Shown here in pieces: positions 17,389-27,555 of a stretch of DNA of 64,000 bases. How positions within the stretch are numbered: the stretch's first letter is position 1; every line of letters begins with the position of its first letter. The position numbers and the translations under genes were made by a program. The DNA lies in assembly GCA_963718925.1 (NCBI GenBank), contig CAVRAH010000003.1, forward strand, positions 193,979-257,978, in the 5' to 3' direction. The stretch comes from an uncultured Alphaproteobacteria bacterium (GTDB taxonomy: Bacteria; Pseudomonadota; Alphaproteobacteria; Rhizobiales; Xanthobacteraceae). The notes beneath the pieces are model-generated. The model had not been told where the DNA came from, did not search any database, and saw only the letters and a program-made list of their open reading frames with translations.

Positions 17389-18606
17389 CTAGGTGGACGT
17401 CGCGGCGCGATCGGCGGCGCCGTCAGCCGTGCCGCCCTTGTAGATCCGCGCGTAGCGTGAACCGAGGCTTGTCAGCACCTCATAACCGATGGTGCCGAAA
17501 TGATGCGCGAGTTCGTCGACGGTGATGCCTTCGCCGATCAGCGTCACCATCTGACCGCGGCGCACGGCATTCTTCTCGAGATCGGTGACGTCGACCGCCA
17601 TCATGTCCATCGAAATGCGGCCGGCGATCGGGCAACGTTTGCCGGCGACCATCACCTCGGCGCCGCGTGTGCCGTCGTTGCTGCCGCCGGCGCGGAAATA
17701 GCCGTCGGCATAGCCGGCCGAGACGATCGCGAGCCTGGTCGGCCGTCGCGCCGTCCAGGTCGCGCCATATCCAACGGTTTCGCCTCGCTCGACGTCGCGG
17801 ATCTGCACCACGCGGGCTTTCAAGTCGACAACCGCCTGCATCGGGTTGTCGGCCTCCGGCGTCGGATTGACGCCATAAAGCGCAGCACCCGGCCGGACCA
17901 GATCGAACTGGAACGGGGCGCCCAGGAAGATGCCGGATGAATTCGACAGCGACGCCGGCACGCCGGAGAACAGGCTGGCGATCTCGCGAAAAGTCGCGAG
18001 CTGTCTGGCGTTGAGCGGATGATGAAGGTTTTCGGCGCAGGCGAGGTGGCTCATGACCAGCGTGATGCCGTGATCGCCGGCGTTGATCCTGGGAATGATT
18101 CCTTGCGCATCGGCGAGCGTGAGGCCGAGCCGATTCATGCCGGTGTCGATATGAATGGCGGTGCCGCCTGCCCAGCCGGTGCGGCGGCAAAACACGTCCC
18201 ATTCGGCGAGCTCGTTGAGATCGCCGATCACGGGCCTGGCGTCGATCTTGGCGTAGGCGTCGCCGGTGTTCTGGATGAAGCCACCGAGCACGTAGAGCGC
18301 GGCCGATGGCACGGCGGCGCGCGCGGCGCGCGCTTCATCGAGCGTTGCGACGAAGAACGTCTTGCATCCGGCGAGGGCAAGCGCGCGCGCAACCGGTTCG
18401 AGACCGCAGCCATAGGCGTCAGCCTTGATGACGGCCGAGCATTCGGCCGGAACGGCGGTCTTCTCGAGCTTGCGCCAGTTGGCGCAGATCGCATCGAGAT
18501 CGACCGTCAGCACGCCGGTGGCGGCAGCCAGCGCCGCCGCCCTGATGGCTTCGGGCGACAGAACGGAACCGGCCGGGACCGATTTCGGATCGGAGACGAT
18601 GTTCAT
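17389..18606 (-). CDS. alr: Alanine racemase
   Basis: 405 aa. PLP-lysine context AVIKADAYGCG and a conserved C-terminal beta domain. Confidence 0.92.
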   Translation of the reverse strand: MNIVSDPKSVPAGSVLSPEAIRAAALAAATGVLTVDLDAICANWRKLEKTAVPAECSAVIKADAYGCGLEPVARALALAGCKTFFVATLDEARAARAAVPSAALYVLGGFIQNTGDAYAKIDARPVIGDLNELAEWDVFCRRTGWAGGTAIHIDTGMNRLGLTLADAQGIIPRINAGDHGITLVMSHLACAENLHHPLNARQLATFREIASLFSGVPASLSNSSGIFLGAPFQFDLVRPGAALYGVNPTPEADNPMQAVVDLKARVVQIRDVERGETVGYGATWTARRPTRLAIVSAGYADGYFRAGGSNDGTRGAEVMVAGKRCPIAGRISMDMMAVDVTDLEKNAVRRGQMVTLIGEGITVDELAHHFGTIGYEVLTSLGSRYARIYKGGTADGAADRAATST

Positions 18607-18637
18607 GCTGCACTTTTACGCGCAGCGGCGTGGCGGT

Positions 18638-20170
18638 TCAACCTGCCGGGGGTACGCGGTAGGGCAAATTATCCTCTTCCACGAAATCACTAAATCGCGT
18701 GTATTGCCCCTCGAATTGCAATCTAACGGTACCCGTCGGTCCGTGGCGTTGCTTGGCGATAATGACTTCAGCCTTGCCGAGAGCCAGATCCATTTCGGTC
18801 TGCCATTTTTCATGTTCGGCCGAGCCGGGCTTGGGTTCCTTGTTCTGCAGATAATATTCCTCGCGATAGACGAACAGCACGACGTCGGCGTCCTGCTCGA
18901 TCGAGCCGGATTCGCGCAAGTCCGACAATTGCGGGTGCTTGTCGTCGCGGCTTTCAACCTGTCGCGACAATTGCGAGAGTGCGATCACGGGAATGCTGAG
19001 CTCCTTGGCGAGCGCCTTCAGGCTGGTGGTGATTTCCGTGACTTCCTGCACGCGGTTGTCGTTGCCGCGCTTGCCCGAACCTTGAAGCAGCTGGATGTAG
19101 TCCACCACCAGGAGGTCGAGGCCCTTCTGCCGCTTCAGCCGGCGCGCGCGTGCGGTCAGTTGCGAGATCGAAAGGCCGCCCGTCTCGTCAACATAGAGCG
19201 GCAGGTGTTCGAGCTCGATTGTGTAGTCGCGAATCTTGTCAAATTCGTCCTGGTTGATGCCGCCGCGTCGGATCAGGCTCGACGCAATGCGAGTTTGCTC
19301 GGCGAGAATACGGGTGGCGAGCTGCTCCGCGGACATTTCGCAGGAAAAGAAGCCGACGATGCCGCCATTGACCGACCTCATCGTGCCGTCGGCCTGGACT
19401 TCCGCGCGGTGTGCCTTGGCGATATTGTAGGCGATGTTGGTGGCGAGCGCGGTCTTGCCCATGCCGGGACGCCCGGCCACGATGATCAAGTCGGATCGCT
19501 GCAGGCCGCCCATCTTTGAGTCCAAGTCACGCAGCCCGGTAGCAATGCCGGACAATTTGCCGTCGCGTTGGTAAGCATTGGCTGCCATGTCCAGTGCGAC
19601 TTTCATCGCCTGGGCAAAGCGCTGGAAGCCGCCGTCGTAACGGCCGGATTCCGCGAGTTCGTACAGCTGGCGCTCGGCATCCTCGATCTGCGCGCGCGGC
19701 GCAAAATCGACCGGGGCGTCGAAGGCGACATTGACCATGTCCTCGCCGATCCGGATCAGGTCGCGGCGAAGGGAAAGTTCATAGATGGTCCGCCCGTAAT
19801 CCTGGGCGTTGATGATGGTGGTCGCTTCAGCGGCGAGGCGGGCGAGGTATTGGCCAACCGTCATGCCGCCGATGTCGGTTTCAGCAGGCAGGAAGGTCTT
19901 CAGCGTGACCGGGGTTGCGACCTTGCCCATCCGGATCAGGCTGCCGGACGTCTCATAGATGGTCTGGTGGATCGGTTCGAAGAAATGCTTGGGCTCGAGA
20001 AAATCTGACACCCGGTAAAACGCGTCATTGTTGACCAGGATCGCGCCCAACAGGCTCTGTTCGGCCTCGATATTGTGCGGGGCGCTCCGATAGGTCGGAG
20101 TTCCCGGGTCGGGGGCGAGCTTGAGGACGTTCGAATCAGGGAGGGCCATGAGGGTCGAGTGTTCTTGCAA
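18638..20170 (-). CDS. dnaB: Replicative DNA helicase DnaB
   Basis: PHNIEAEQSLLGAIL N-terminal domain. Walker A GRPGMGKTALA. An alternative start lies at 20149. Confidence 0.95.
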   Translation of the reverse strand: MQEHSTLMALPDSNVLKLAPDPGTPTYRSAPHNIEAEQSLLGAILVNNDAFYRVSDFLEPKHFFEPIHQTIYETSGSLIRMGKVATPVTLKTFLPAETDIGGMTVGQYLARLAAEATTIINAQDYGRTIYELSLRRDLIRIGEDMVNVAFDAPVDFAPRAQIEDAERQLYELAESGRYDGGFQRFAQAMKVALDMAANAYQRDGKLSGIATGLRDLDSKMGGLQRSDLIIVAGRPGMGKTALATNIAYNIAKAHRAEVQADGTMRSVNGGIVGFFSCEMSAEQLATRILAEQTRIASSLIRRGGINQDEFDKIRDYTIELEHLPLYVDETGGLSISQLTARARRLKRQKGLDLLVVDYIQLLQGSGKRGNDNRVQEVTEITTSLKALAKELSIPVIALSQLSRQVESRDDKHPQLSDLRESGSIEQDADVVLFVYREEYYLQNKEPKPGSAEHEKWQTEMDLALGKAEVIIAKQRHGPTGTVRLQFEGQYTRFSDFVEEDNLPYRVPPAG

Positions 20171-20436
20171 CTTTGGCGGATGAGGGGCAGCGATAAAGCG
20201 CCTGTCCCGTGGAAACCGGAAGCGAAAGCTCGCGGCTTATGCACCGTTCATTAAACAAGTGGATGATTCCCGGCCTCAGGACGCGGGGTGCTTGACGGGT
20301 TTTCGGCGAGACGTCCGGGACCAGCGTCCGCCAATCAAGCTGGGAAAAAATCTCGCGGCGGGCTGAACCTTATCCGGCCCGAGCATACTTACCATGAGGG
20401 CATGGCGAGGGGCACCCGCCGCGTCCTGGGCGCGGA

Positions 20437-20559
20437 TCAGATCAGAATGAGATAGATCAGCGCGAACAGGGCCGCTCCGATTGCGGTGGCGATCAGGGCG
20501 AAGTCGGTGCGGACGTCCGCTTTCGGGTCGAGGGATGGCTGGCGGGTTTTCTGGGCCAT
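20437..20559 (-). CDS. Candidate 40-aa tail-anchored membrane mini-protein (below the ORF-track length cutoff)
   Basis: My translation: MAQKTRQPSLDPKADVRTDFALIATAIGAALFALIYLILI*. 33 of 40 codons end in G/C, like genuine genes here. One clear C-terminal TM helix. The Shine-Dalgarno is weak. Confidence 0.45.
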   Translation of the reverse strand: MAQKTRQPSLDPKADVRTDFALIATAIGAALFALIYLILI

Positions 20560-20936
20560 CCCAGAGATTTAGGGCAAGCCGGTCAGGTGCTTTGTGAAGC
20601 AGATCACACCCGGCCGATTTTCTTTAGGTCGTGTCCGGAACCAATCGGCGGCATCGGGATTAATACGGGCTTGGTTTCTCGGATACAGGTATAGACAGGG
20701 ACAGGCGATGAGCCAGCAACTTCAATCATGGCGAAGCGGACGCGGCCAGGTTTTGTGGCTGTCGATGCTGGTCGACACCATGGAAAACCTGTCACGCCCG
20801 GAATGGCGCGCGGTTGCCTGCGATGATCAGGAACTGGCTGAAGTGCGCGCCCAGCTTGCCTGGCCGGCAGCGGCCTACCCCGCCTGCGCATCTCGATTCA
20901 GCCTGCGAAACTAGGACGCACGGCCACTTTCGCTGA

Positions 20937-22199
20937 TCATTCGCCCGCAATCTGCAGCCGCGGCCTTTTTCCCCGCTCCACCCCGCGCAGTCTCGCTTCC
21001 TCGCGCACGAGGTAGTCGCGGGTCATCGGCACCACGCCTTGGCGCTTGGTGAGCTGGATCTGGAGATTCATCATATTTTGCTTGCGGAACGACATTTCGG
21101 AACAGGCGAGGTAGAACTCCCACATCCTCGCAAAGCGCTCGTCATAAAGCCGCACGGCTTCTTCCCGCCGAGCCATGAAGCGCTCGCGCCACGCCTTCAG
21201 CGTCTCCGCATAATGCAGCCGCAGTATCTCGATATCGCACACCAGAAGGCCGGCGCGTTCGATCGCGGGCATGACTTCGGAAAGCGCGGGGATGTAGCCG
21301 CCGGGGAAAATGTACTTCGTGATCCAGGGATTGGTGACGTCCGGGCCGTCCGAACGGCCGATCGAATGCAGCAGCATCACGCCGTCATCAGTAAGCAATT
21401 CGGCGCATCGCTTGAAGTAGGTGTCATAGAAATCGACGCCGACATGCTCGAACATGCCCACCGACACGATGCGGTCGAACGGGCCGGGGATGTCGCGATA
21501 GTCCTCGAGGAAAAACTTGGCCGATTGCGCGAGATTCTTTTCGGCGGCGCGGGCATTCGACGCCTGTAGTTGCTCGGTCGATAGCGTAATGCCCGCAACA
21601 TTGGCGCCGGTCACCTCGGCCAGGTACAGACCAAGGCCACCCCAACCTGAACCGATATCAAGCACCTTGTCACCGCGCCGGATCAAGAGCTTGGCGGCGA
21701 TATGGCGCTTCTTGGCGAGTTGGGCGTCGTCCAGCGTCGCGTCCGGTCTTTCAAAATAGCCGCAGCTATACTGCTTGTCGGCATCGAGAAAGAGTGAATA
21801 CAGCCGTCCGTCGAGGTCGTAGTGGTGGGCGACATTGTTTTTCGAGCGACTGCGCGGATTGAACTGCCTGATATGCCTGATCAGATAGCGCAGCCACCAC
21901 TGCAACTTGGCCCATCGCGGCAAGATTTCCGGCTGATCCATCAGGATCGCCAGCGTATCCGCAATCGAGCCTTTCTCGACCACGAAGCTGCCTTCCATGT
22001 AGACTTCGCCGAGCGCAAGTTCAGGGTTGATCAGAATCCTGCGTTCGGCATCGGTGGTCAGGAATCGTACCGAAACCGGCTCACCGGTCCCATCGCCGCA
22101 GCTGAACTTTGCCCCGCTCGCGGTCGTGAATATCATCGAACCGCGGCGAATGAATTGCTGCAGAAAATAACGCAACAAACGGTCCATCGAAACCACCAA
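20937..22199 (-). CDS. cfa: Cyclopropane-fatty-acyl-phospholipid synthase
   Basis: 420 aa. SAM-binding VLDIGSGWGGLG. CFA-synthase-wide similarity. Confidence 0.9.
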   Translation of the reverse strand: MVVSMDRLLRYFLQQFIRRGSMIFTTASGAKFSCGDGTGEPVSVRFLTTDAERRILINPELALGEVYMEGSFVVEKGSIADTLAILMDQPEILPRWAKLQWWLRYLIRHIRQFNPRSRSKNNVAHHYDLDGRLYSLFLDADKQYSCGYFERPDATLDDAQLAKKRHIAAKLLIRRGDKVLDIGSGWGGLGLYLAEVTGANVAGITLSTEQLQASNARAAEKNLAQSAKFFLEDYRDIPGPFDRIVSVGMFEHVGVDFYDTYFKRCAELLTDDGVMLLHSIGRSDGPDVTNPWITKYIFPGGYIPALSEVMPAIERAGLLVCDIEILRLHYAETLKAWRERFMARREEAVRLYDERFARMWEFYLACSEMSFRKQNMMNLQIQLTKRQGVVPMTRDYLVREEARLRGVERGKRPRLQIAGE

Positions 22200-22463
22200 A
22201 TAGCGATCCCGTAGAAACTTAAGCGCCGGCCGTCACATCCGACGCACGGGACTAGAATGGTTCCCCCGCGTCCGTTGGAGATATAAGGGTGATGGAACCC
22301 GCGCGCTAGTGCATTGTACACAAAGCGGATATTCCGGAATGTCGCGTTCACGCAGTTGCGTCATAAGTGCGCTTCCATTCGCGGGATAATCGGCTAAAAG
22401 GTGACCGCCGCCGGTGCTGTTTGAGGGGCGCCGGAAGCGATTTCCGCATCTGGAGAATAGGGA

Positions 22464-23477
22464 ATGTTGAGCCGAGCGCTCAGTTTAGCGGCGGTGACGC
22501 TTCTGATCGGTTGCTATGCGGCGCCTCCGGCGTGGGCGCAGGCCCAGAATCTCGAGGCCGGCAAGAGTGCTTCCCAGCTTTTCGCGGAGACCTGCAACGC
22601 CTGCCATAAGAGTCCGCGTGGCCTCCTGAAGACGGTTTCGGCCGGATCGCTCGCCGGCTTCCTGCGGCAGCACTACACGACCAGCAGCGACATGGCCTCG
22701 CAGCTCAGTACCTTCCTGATTTCCAATGGTGTGAGCGACACCCGCTATCAGGCAAAGCAGGGGGCTGATACCAAGCCTGCCAGCGGAACCGAGCAGGTCG
22801 ACCGGCAGGGCCGCAGATTGCGACCCGCGCCCTCCCAGGAGGCCGCCAGGCCGGATGCCGACGCACCCCCGCCGCCGGCCGAAGCCGGCCGTCAAGGCCG
22901 TAACGCCAAGCGGCTGGCGCGACCCGGCGAGCCACCCGACGCGGCGCGGCCTGCTGCGGAGGCACCGGCACAAGCGGCGAGCGAGCGCGGCCCCGATGGC
23001 CGCAAGCTGACGGCCAAGCAACGCCTGAGCAAGCATGGCAAGCCGGAAGAAGAAGTACCGACTGCCAGGGACGAGCCGGCAAAGCCCGAACCGGCTATGG
23101 ATGACAAGGCCAAGGCTGAAACCGCCAAGGAAGACAGCGGCAAATCCGAGGCAACCAAACCGGCCGGTAAGGGCAATTCTGAGGCCGCCAGAATCGAGAT
23201 GCCGAAAGAGAGCGGCGGCGCCAGCGCGCCCGTGCTGCGGCCCGATCCGGTCCCGCCTGTTACGCCCGCGCCGCCGGCGGCATCGGTGGCACTGCCAGCC
23301 GCCGCTCCTCCAGTAGCGGCACCCTCCGCACCGGCTCCCAGCACAGCGCCCGAGCCTGCCGCAGCACGGCCGTCGGCGCCTGCGCCCTCTGAGGCACCCG
23401 CAGCCGTGGCGGCTTCCGCGCCGCCGCCGGCACCACCGGTCGCCGCCGGACCACCCGCTCCACCGATCTCGCAATAG
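22464..23477 (+). CDS. Secreted protein with an N-terminal CxxCH (cytochrome c-like) module and a long Pro/Ala/Lys-rich tail
   Basis: 337 aa. Signal peptide. CNACH at 22593-22607. The remaining ~230 aa are low-complexity. Confidence 0.7.
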   Translation: MLSRALSLAAVTLLIGCYAAPPAWAQAQNLEAGKSASQLFAETCNACHKSPRGLLKTVSAGSLAGFLRQHYTTSSDMASQLSTFLISNGVSDTRYQAKQGADTKPASGTEQVDRQGRRLRPAPSQEAARPDADAPPPPAEAGRQGRNAKRLARPGEPPDAARPAAEAPAQAASERGPDGRKLTAKQRLSKHGKPEEEVPTARDEPAKPEPAMDDKAKAETAKEDSGKSEATKPAGKGNSEAARIEMPKESGGASAPVLRPDPVPPVTPAPPAASVALPAAAPPVAAPSAPAPSTAPEPAAARPSAPAPSEAPAAVAASAPPPAPPVAAGPPAPPISQ

Positions 23478-23504
23478 AGCCTTTCCGAGCGCCGGCAGGA
23501 ATCC

Positions 23505-23532
23505 AAAGCCCGGCCTGATTGGGCCGGGCTTT
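23505..23532. terminator. Bidirectional stem-loop between convergent genes
   Basis: aaagcccggcc-tgatt-gggccgggcttt. An 11-bp GC-rich stem flanked by A and T runs. Confidence 0.5.
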
Positions 23533-23561
23533 GTCGCGTGTCCTTGACTGAGAGCATGATC

Positions 23562-23674
23562 GGTCCTGATTGAATCAGAACAGCCTCTCTGGTCTTGTGT
23601 TTTGACGCGTTTTCTTCACGCGAACCGGTATCCACCCCCGGATCACGTCCGAGGGCATGCTTCGCTCGAAACCG
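23562..23674 (+). repeat. Dispersed intergenic repeat, family A, copy 2
   Basis: Begins with the palindrome ctgattgaatcag, then ..gttttgacgcgttttcttcacgcgaaccggtatccacccccggatcacgtccgagggcatgcttcgctcgaaaccgc. Aligns with copies at 13769-13850 (reverse complement) and 46196-46302. Confidence 0.75.
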
Positions 23675-23687
23675 CTATCGAGCGGCG

Positions 23688-24290
23688 TCACTTCTCGGAA
23701 GCAGCGTTTTCCTGCGGTTCCACGTCGTCGCGGCGGGCCTCCGGATCGAAGAATTCGCCGGCGGCGGCGAGCGCTTCGGCGGCTGCATCCTGATCTTCCT
23801 GACGCGTCGAGATATCCTCGCCGCGGTTGATGCGTTCGGCTTCGTCCGCGCTTCGCGCGACGGTGACGGTGACGCCGACTTCGACTTCCGGATGCACGGC
23901 GATGGCAATCTCGTGCTTGCCGATGGTCTTGATCGGCGCGTCCAGCATGACCTGGCTGCGGCTAATGGTGACGCCATCACTCAGGAACGATGCGATGATG
24001 TCACGAACGCTCACCGATCCGAACAATTGACCGGTCTCGGACGCCTGACGCAGTATAATGACGTTGCGGCCGTTGATCTTCTCCGCGACCTTGGTTGCCT
24101 CGCCCTTGGCCTGCAGGTTGCGGGTTTCGAGTTCGGCCTTCATGCCATCGAACTTGGCGCGATTGTCCGCGGTGGCGCGCAACGCCTTGCCGCGCTTGAG
24201 CAGAAAGTTGCGGGCAAACCCGTCCCTGACGCGGACGACCTCGCCCATATGACCGAGCTTGGCGACGCGTTCCAGCAAGATGACTTCCAT
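23688..24290 (-). CDS. rplI: 50S ribosomal protein L9
   Basis: [30 protein letters not shown].. from the ATG at 24290 after AAGGAG. The listed 314-aa ORF is an upstream extension artefact. Confidence 0.95.
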   Translation of the reverse strand: MEVILLERVAKLGHMGEVVRVRDGFARNFLLKRGKALRATADNRAKFDGMKAELETRNLQAKGEATKVAEKINGRNVIILRQASETGQLFGSVSVRDIIASFLSDGVTISRSQVMLDAPIKTIGKHEIAIAVHPEVEVGVTVTVARSADEAERINRGEDISTRQEDQDAAAEALAAAGEFFDPEARRDDVEPQENAASEK

Positions 24291-24346
24291 ATTCGTTCTC
24301 CTTTTGAGGTGATCAGGAATTAAGTGGTTGAGTTGAAGGCCAGGAT

Positions 24347-25357
24347 TCAGGACGCGGGGAGCGGCGGCGGTCTCCCCTGCAGATAACGCCGACGAATTCC
24401 GAACAGGGCGTCGGCAACCCCGAGTATCACCATGGCGAGAACCGGCCAGCTGAATATCACCACGATGGCGTAGGTGCAGGTGAGCCAGAGTGCGCGATTT
24501 TTCAGCGCGAGCGTCAGCGTGTGCAGCACCGCGAAACCGGTGAGGGCGTAGGCGATCAGCAAGGCCGCGGTGACGGTCTGCGCCAGGATCGCAAGCAGCC
24601 CGCCGGAGAAACAAAATGCGATTGCGGCACATAGCGCTGCGAGGGTCAGCGGGGGCAACGACGCGCCTCTCAGGTCAGGCCACGGGCGGTGCAATCGTCC
24701 CGATGTCGCGGCGATTTTTGCGGCGAGCCAGAGGTTGAGCGTCAGCGTCATCGTGACGAAGATCGCGGCTGCCGCCGGCGCGATGGCCACCAGAGCATCG
24801 AGCATGCGATCGGTGGGCGTAACACCCACCGTTTCCAGAAGCTGCGCCCAGGCGGAGCGCATCGTACCGGTGATGGATGGTCCGTCAGAGCCGATCGTGA
24901 GCAGCGTGGCAGTTATCATTAACGTTGCAAAAATCACGATCCAGAGCAGGATTCGACCGACGGGATACCATTCGAGCGCCGCTGCATCGCTGGCAGGCTG
25001 GATGCCGGTAGTGAGTGGCCGCCCGAGCAGCGCAAGATGACCGAGCCACCAGGCCGGCAGCGCGATCGCGACAAGGAAGGCAATGCAATAGGGAAGGCCG
25101 AAGATCGCGCCGAGAACGCTGGTCGCGGCGATACCACCGATGGTGGCGCTGAGCGGACCCCATCCCAGCGCCGCCACCATGAGCGGCAGCGGTGCAAGGT
25201 AGAACAGCAACAGCGAGATCAGCGCGCCCGAAATGATCGAGGCGAACATCAACGCCGACGCGCAGCCGGCTGCCAAAGCTATCAGTACGGTCGCGATCAT
25301 CAGCTGTCCCGCTCCTTTCGAGCGGTTAGAGGTCTTGCCAACCCCAACCATCGGCAA
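24347..25357 (-). CDS. DUF2232-family integral membrane protein
   Basis: 336 aa and polytopic. Sits in the conserved position between rpsR and rplI. The start is uncertain. Confidence 0.75.
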   Translation of the reverse strand: MPMVGVGKTSNRSKGAGQLMIATVLIALAAGCASALMFASIISGALISLLLFYLAPLPLMVAALGWGPLSATIGGIAATSVLGAIFGLPYCIAFLVAIALPAWWLGHLALLGRPLTTGIQPASDAAALEWYPVGRILLWIVIFATLMITATLLTIGSDGPSITGTMRSAWAQLLETVGVTPTDRMLDALVAIAPAAAAIFVTMTLTLNLWLAAKIAATSGRLHRPWPDLRGASLPPLTLAALCAAIAFCFSGGLLAILAQTVTAALLIAYALTGFAVLHTLTLALKNRALWLTCTYAIVVIFSWPVLAMVILGVADALFGIRRRYLQGRPPPLPAS

Positions 25358-25424
25358 CCGGACGACCCGGAAGCCTTATGAAGATTGGTGATCCGCGGCG
25401 CTGAAGCCGCGGATCACGATTGTC

Positions 25425-25664
25425 TTAGCGAATAACGTAAGGCAGCAGACCGAGAAAACGCGAGCGCTTGATGGCGCGCGCGAGTTCGCGCTGCTTCTTG
25501 GCGGAGACGGCGGTGATGCGGCTCGGCACGATCTTGCCGCGCTCGGAAACGTAACGCATCAACAGCTTGGAATCCTTGTAATCGATCTTCGGCGCGTTCG
25601 GACCCGTGAACGGGCAGGTCTTGCGGCGGCGGAAAAACGGACGGCGTGCACCAGCTTCGGCCAT
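25425..25664 (-). CDS. rpsR: 30S ribosomal protein S18
   Basis: 79 aa. ..[10 protein letters not shown]...[22 protein letters not shown].. Confidence 0.96.
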   Translation of the reverse strand: MAEAGARRPFFRRRKTCPFTGPNAPKIDYKDSKLLMRYVSERGKIVPSRITAVSAKKQRELARAIKRSRFLGLLPYVIR

Positions 25665-25669
25665 GATTC

Positions 25670-26137
25670 TTACTCCTCGATCGCTGCGTCGGCATCGTCA
25701 CGCCCGCGGCGCGGACGGTCGCCGCGGTAGCCACCGCCGTCGCGGTCGCCTCGGAATCCCCCGTCGCGGTCGCCGCGGAAGCCACCGCCGCGGTCGTCGC
25801 GGTCACGGTCGCGATCGGCCTTGCGCATCATCGCCGAGGGACCTTCCTCATGCTCTTCGACGCGAACGGTGAGATAGCGGATGACGTCTTCGCTGATCCG
25901 CTCCTGCCGCTCGATCTCGGCGACAGCGGCCGAAGGCGCGTCGATATTCAGCAGGACGAAGTGCGCCTTGCGATTCTTGTTCATGCGATAGGTCAGCGAA
26001 CGCACGCCCCAGTTCTCGGTCTTGGTGACCTTGCCGCCCGCCTGTTCGACGATGCCGGTCATCTGGGTGGTCAGTTCTTCGACCTGCTGGGTGCTCGCGT
26101 CCTGACGCGCGAGAAAAACATGCTCATAAAGAGGCAT
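25670..26137 (-). CDS. rpsF: 30S ribosomal protein S6 with an Arg/Gly/Asp-repeat C-terminal tail
   Basis: [13 protein letters not shown].. from the ATG at 26137. Tail is [33 protein letters not shown]...DAAIEE. Confidence 0.95.
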   Translation of the reverse strand: MPLYEHVFLARQDASTQQVEELTTQMTGIVEQAGGKVTKTENWGVRSLTYRMNKNRKAHFVLLNIDAPSAAVAEIERQERISEDVIRYLTVRVEEHEEGPSAMMRKADRDRDRDDRGGGFRGDRDGGFRGDRDGGGYRGDRPRRGRDDADAAIEE

Positions 26138-26585
26138 GGGTGTCCTTTCCATGTGTTGGCGCGGGTCACGGCGGCAAGCCCTTCGAACCCTTCGGAAAGG
26201 ACTCGATATGCTCAGAAGGCGGAAGCACGGGACGACGGACCGACTGGCCCTACCACATCAAGTTCGCCGATACGGTGAAATTGCTGAGACCGTCCGTTCA
26301 GCTCCCGGCCGGGATCCACGGATGGCGCGGTTTATACGGATTTTGAGCGCGGAGGCAAGGGAAAGCCACGCGACCGACGGACGTTGGGGTGGAGCCGGGA
26401 GCCAAGGGCGGCTTGACACAAGCGGCAAGAGCGGTGTCTTTCGGCCCCGACTTGCGGGGGCAATCCGCCAAGGGAAATCTTGTCCTTGTCGAATTGTACT
26501 CTAACATATTGAAATAGAACATAGATTTCTCGTCCGCCCGCGCGTTTGGCGGATTGTGGATGGGGATCAAGTGCCAGGGACATTA

Positions 26586-27545
26586 ATGACGGCAGCATTC
26601 ACTTTTCCGGGGCAGGGCTCCCAGGCGGTCGGCATGGGCAAGGCGCTCGCGGAGGCCTTTCCGGCCGCCCGTGCCGTCTTCGATGAGGTCGATGCGGCAC
26701 TCGGTGAAAAGCTCACGGCCATCATTTGGGACGGTCCGGCCGAGACGCTGCAACTCACCGAGAATGCCCAGCCCGCATTGATGGCGGTCTCGCTCGCCAC
26801 CTTGCGTGTACTTGAAAGCGAAGCCGGCTTCTCGGTTGGCTCGGACGCGGCCTTCGTTGCCGGACATTCGCTCGGCGAATATTCCGCGCTCGCCGCGGCC
26901 GGCAGCTTTAGCATCAGCGATACCGCGCGGTTGCTGCGCATTCGAGGCATTGCCATGCAGAAGGCGGTGCCGGTGGGGGCCGGCGCAATGGCGGCTTTGC
27001 TTGGTCTCGACTATGAAGCGGCGATGGCGGTGGCGAACGAGGCTGCGCAGGGGCAGGTCTGTCAGGCCGCCAACGACAATGGCGGCGGGCAGGTCGTGGT
27101 TTCCGGCGACAGGGCCGCTGTCGAGCGTGCGCTCGAGATCGCCAAGACCAGGGGCGCCAAGCGCGCCATGTTGCTGCCGGTGTCGGCGCCGTTTCATTGC
27201 CGGCTGATGCAGCCCGCCGCGGACGCCATGGCGGGGGCGCTCGCCGGGGTCAGCATCAAGCGACCGGTATCGCCGCTGGTGTCGAACGTATTGGCCGCGC
27301 CGATTACGGAGCCCGACGAGATTCGTCGCCGCCTGATCGAACAGGTCACGGGAACGGTGCGCTGGCGCGAGTCCGTCGCTTACATGGCTAGCCACGGGGT
27401 GACGCGGTTTTTCGAAATCGGTGCCGGCAAGGTACTGAGCGGATTGGTCAAACGCATTGCCGCCGGCGCTATCGGGATTTCGGTCGGTGGTCCCGGTGAT
27501 ATCGCCGCGGCGAAAGACGCGCTCATTGCCGCGCGGGCTGCCTGA
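26586..27545 (+). CDS. fabD: Malonyl-CoA:ACP transacylase
   Basis: FPGQGSQAVGMG and active-site GHSLGEY. Confidence 0.95.
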   Translation: MTAAFTFPGQGSQAVGMGKALAEAFPAARAVFDEVDAALGEKLTAIIWDGPAETLQLTENAQPALMAVSLATLRVLESEAGFSVGSDAAFVAGHSLGEYSALAAAGSFSISDTARLLRIRGIAMQKAVPVGAGAMAALLGLDYEAAMAVANEAAQGQVCQAANDNGGGQVVVSGDRAAVERALEIAKTRGAKRAMLLPVSAPFHCRLMQPAADAMAGALAGVSIKRPVSPLVSNVLAAPITEPDEIRRRLIEQVTGTVRWRESVAYMASHGVTRFFEIGAGKVLSGLVKRIAAGAIGISVGGPGDIAAAKDALIAARAA

Positions 27546-27555
27546 GGGGGAAGAC

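Noticed and set aside
20708-20914. 68-aa plus-strand ORF upstream of cfa as a confident gene
   Set aside because: Third-position G+C is only about 68%, the Shine-Dalgarno is weak and there is no recognisable motif. I kept it as a remark inside the intergenic-region finding rather than as a feature.
22700-23470. Possible tandem-repeat or CRISPR-like periodicity in the Pro/Ala-rich region
   Set aside because: There are no regularly spaced identical repeats with unique spacers. The pattern is low-complexity coding sequence (GCC/CCG-rich codons) inside a continuous ORF.
26153-26585. 430-nt rpsF-fabD divergent spacer examined for an rpsF leader, another ncRNA or a small ORF
   Set aside because: The listed ORFs (122, 90 and 88 aa) are not protein-like. 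I could not recognise a known RNA motif by eye, so I make no call without a covariance-model search.
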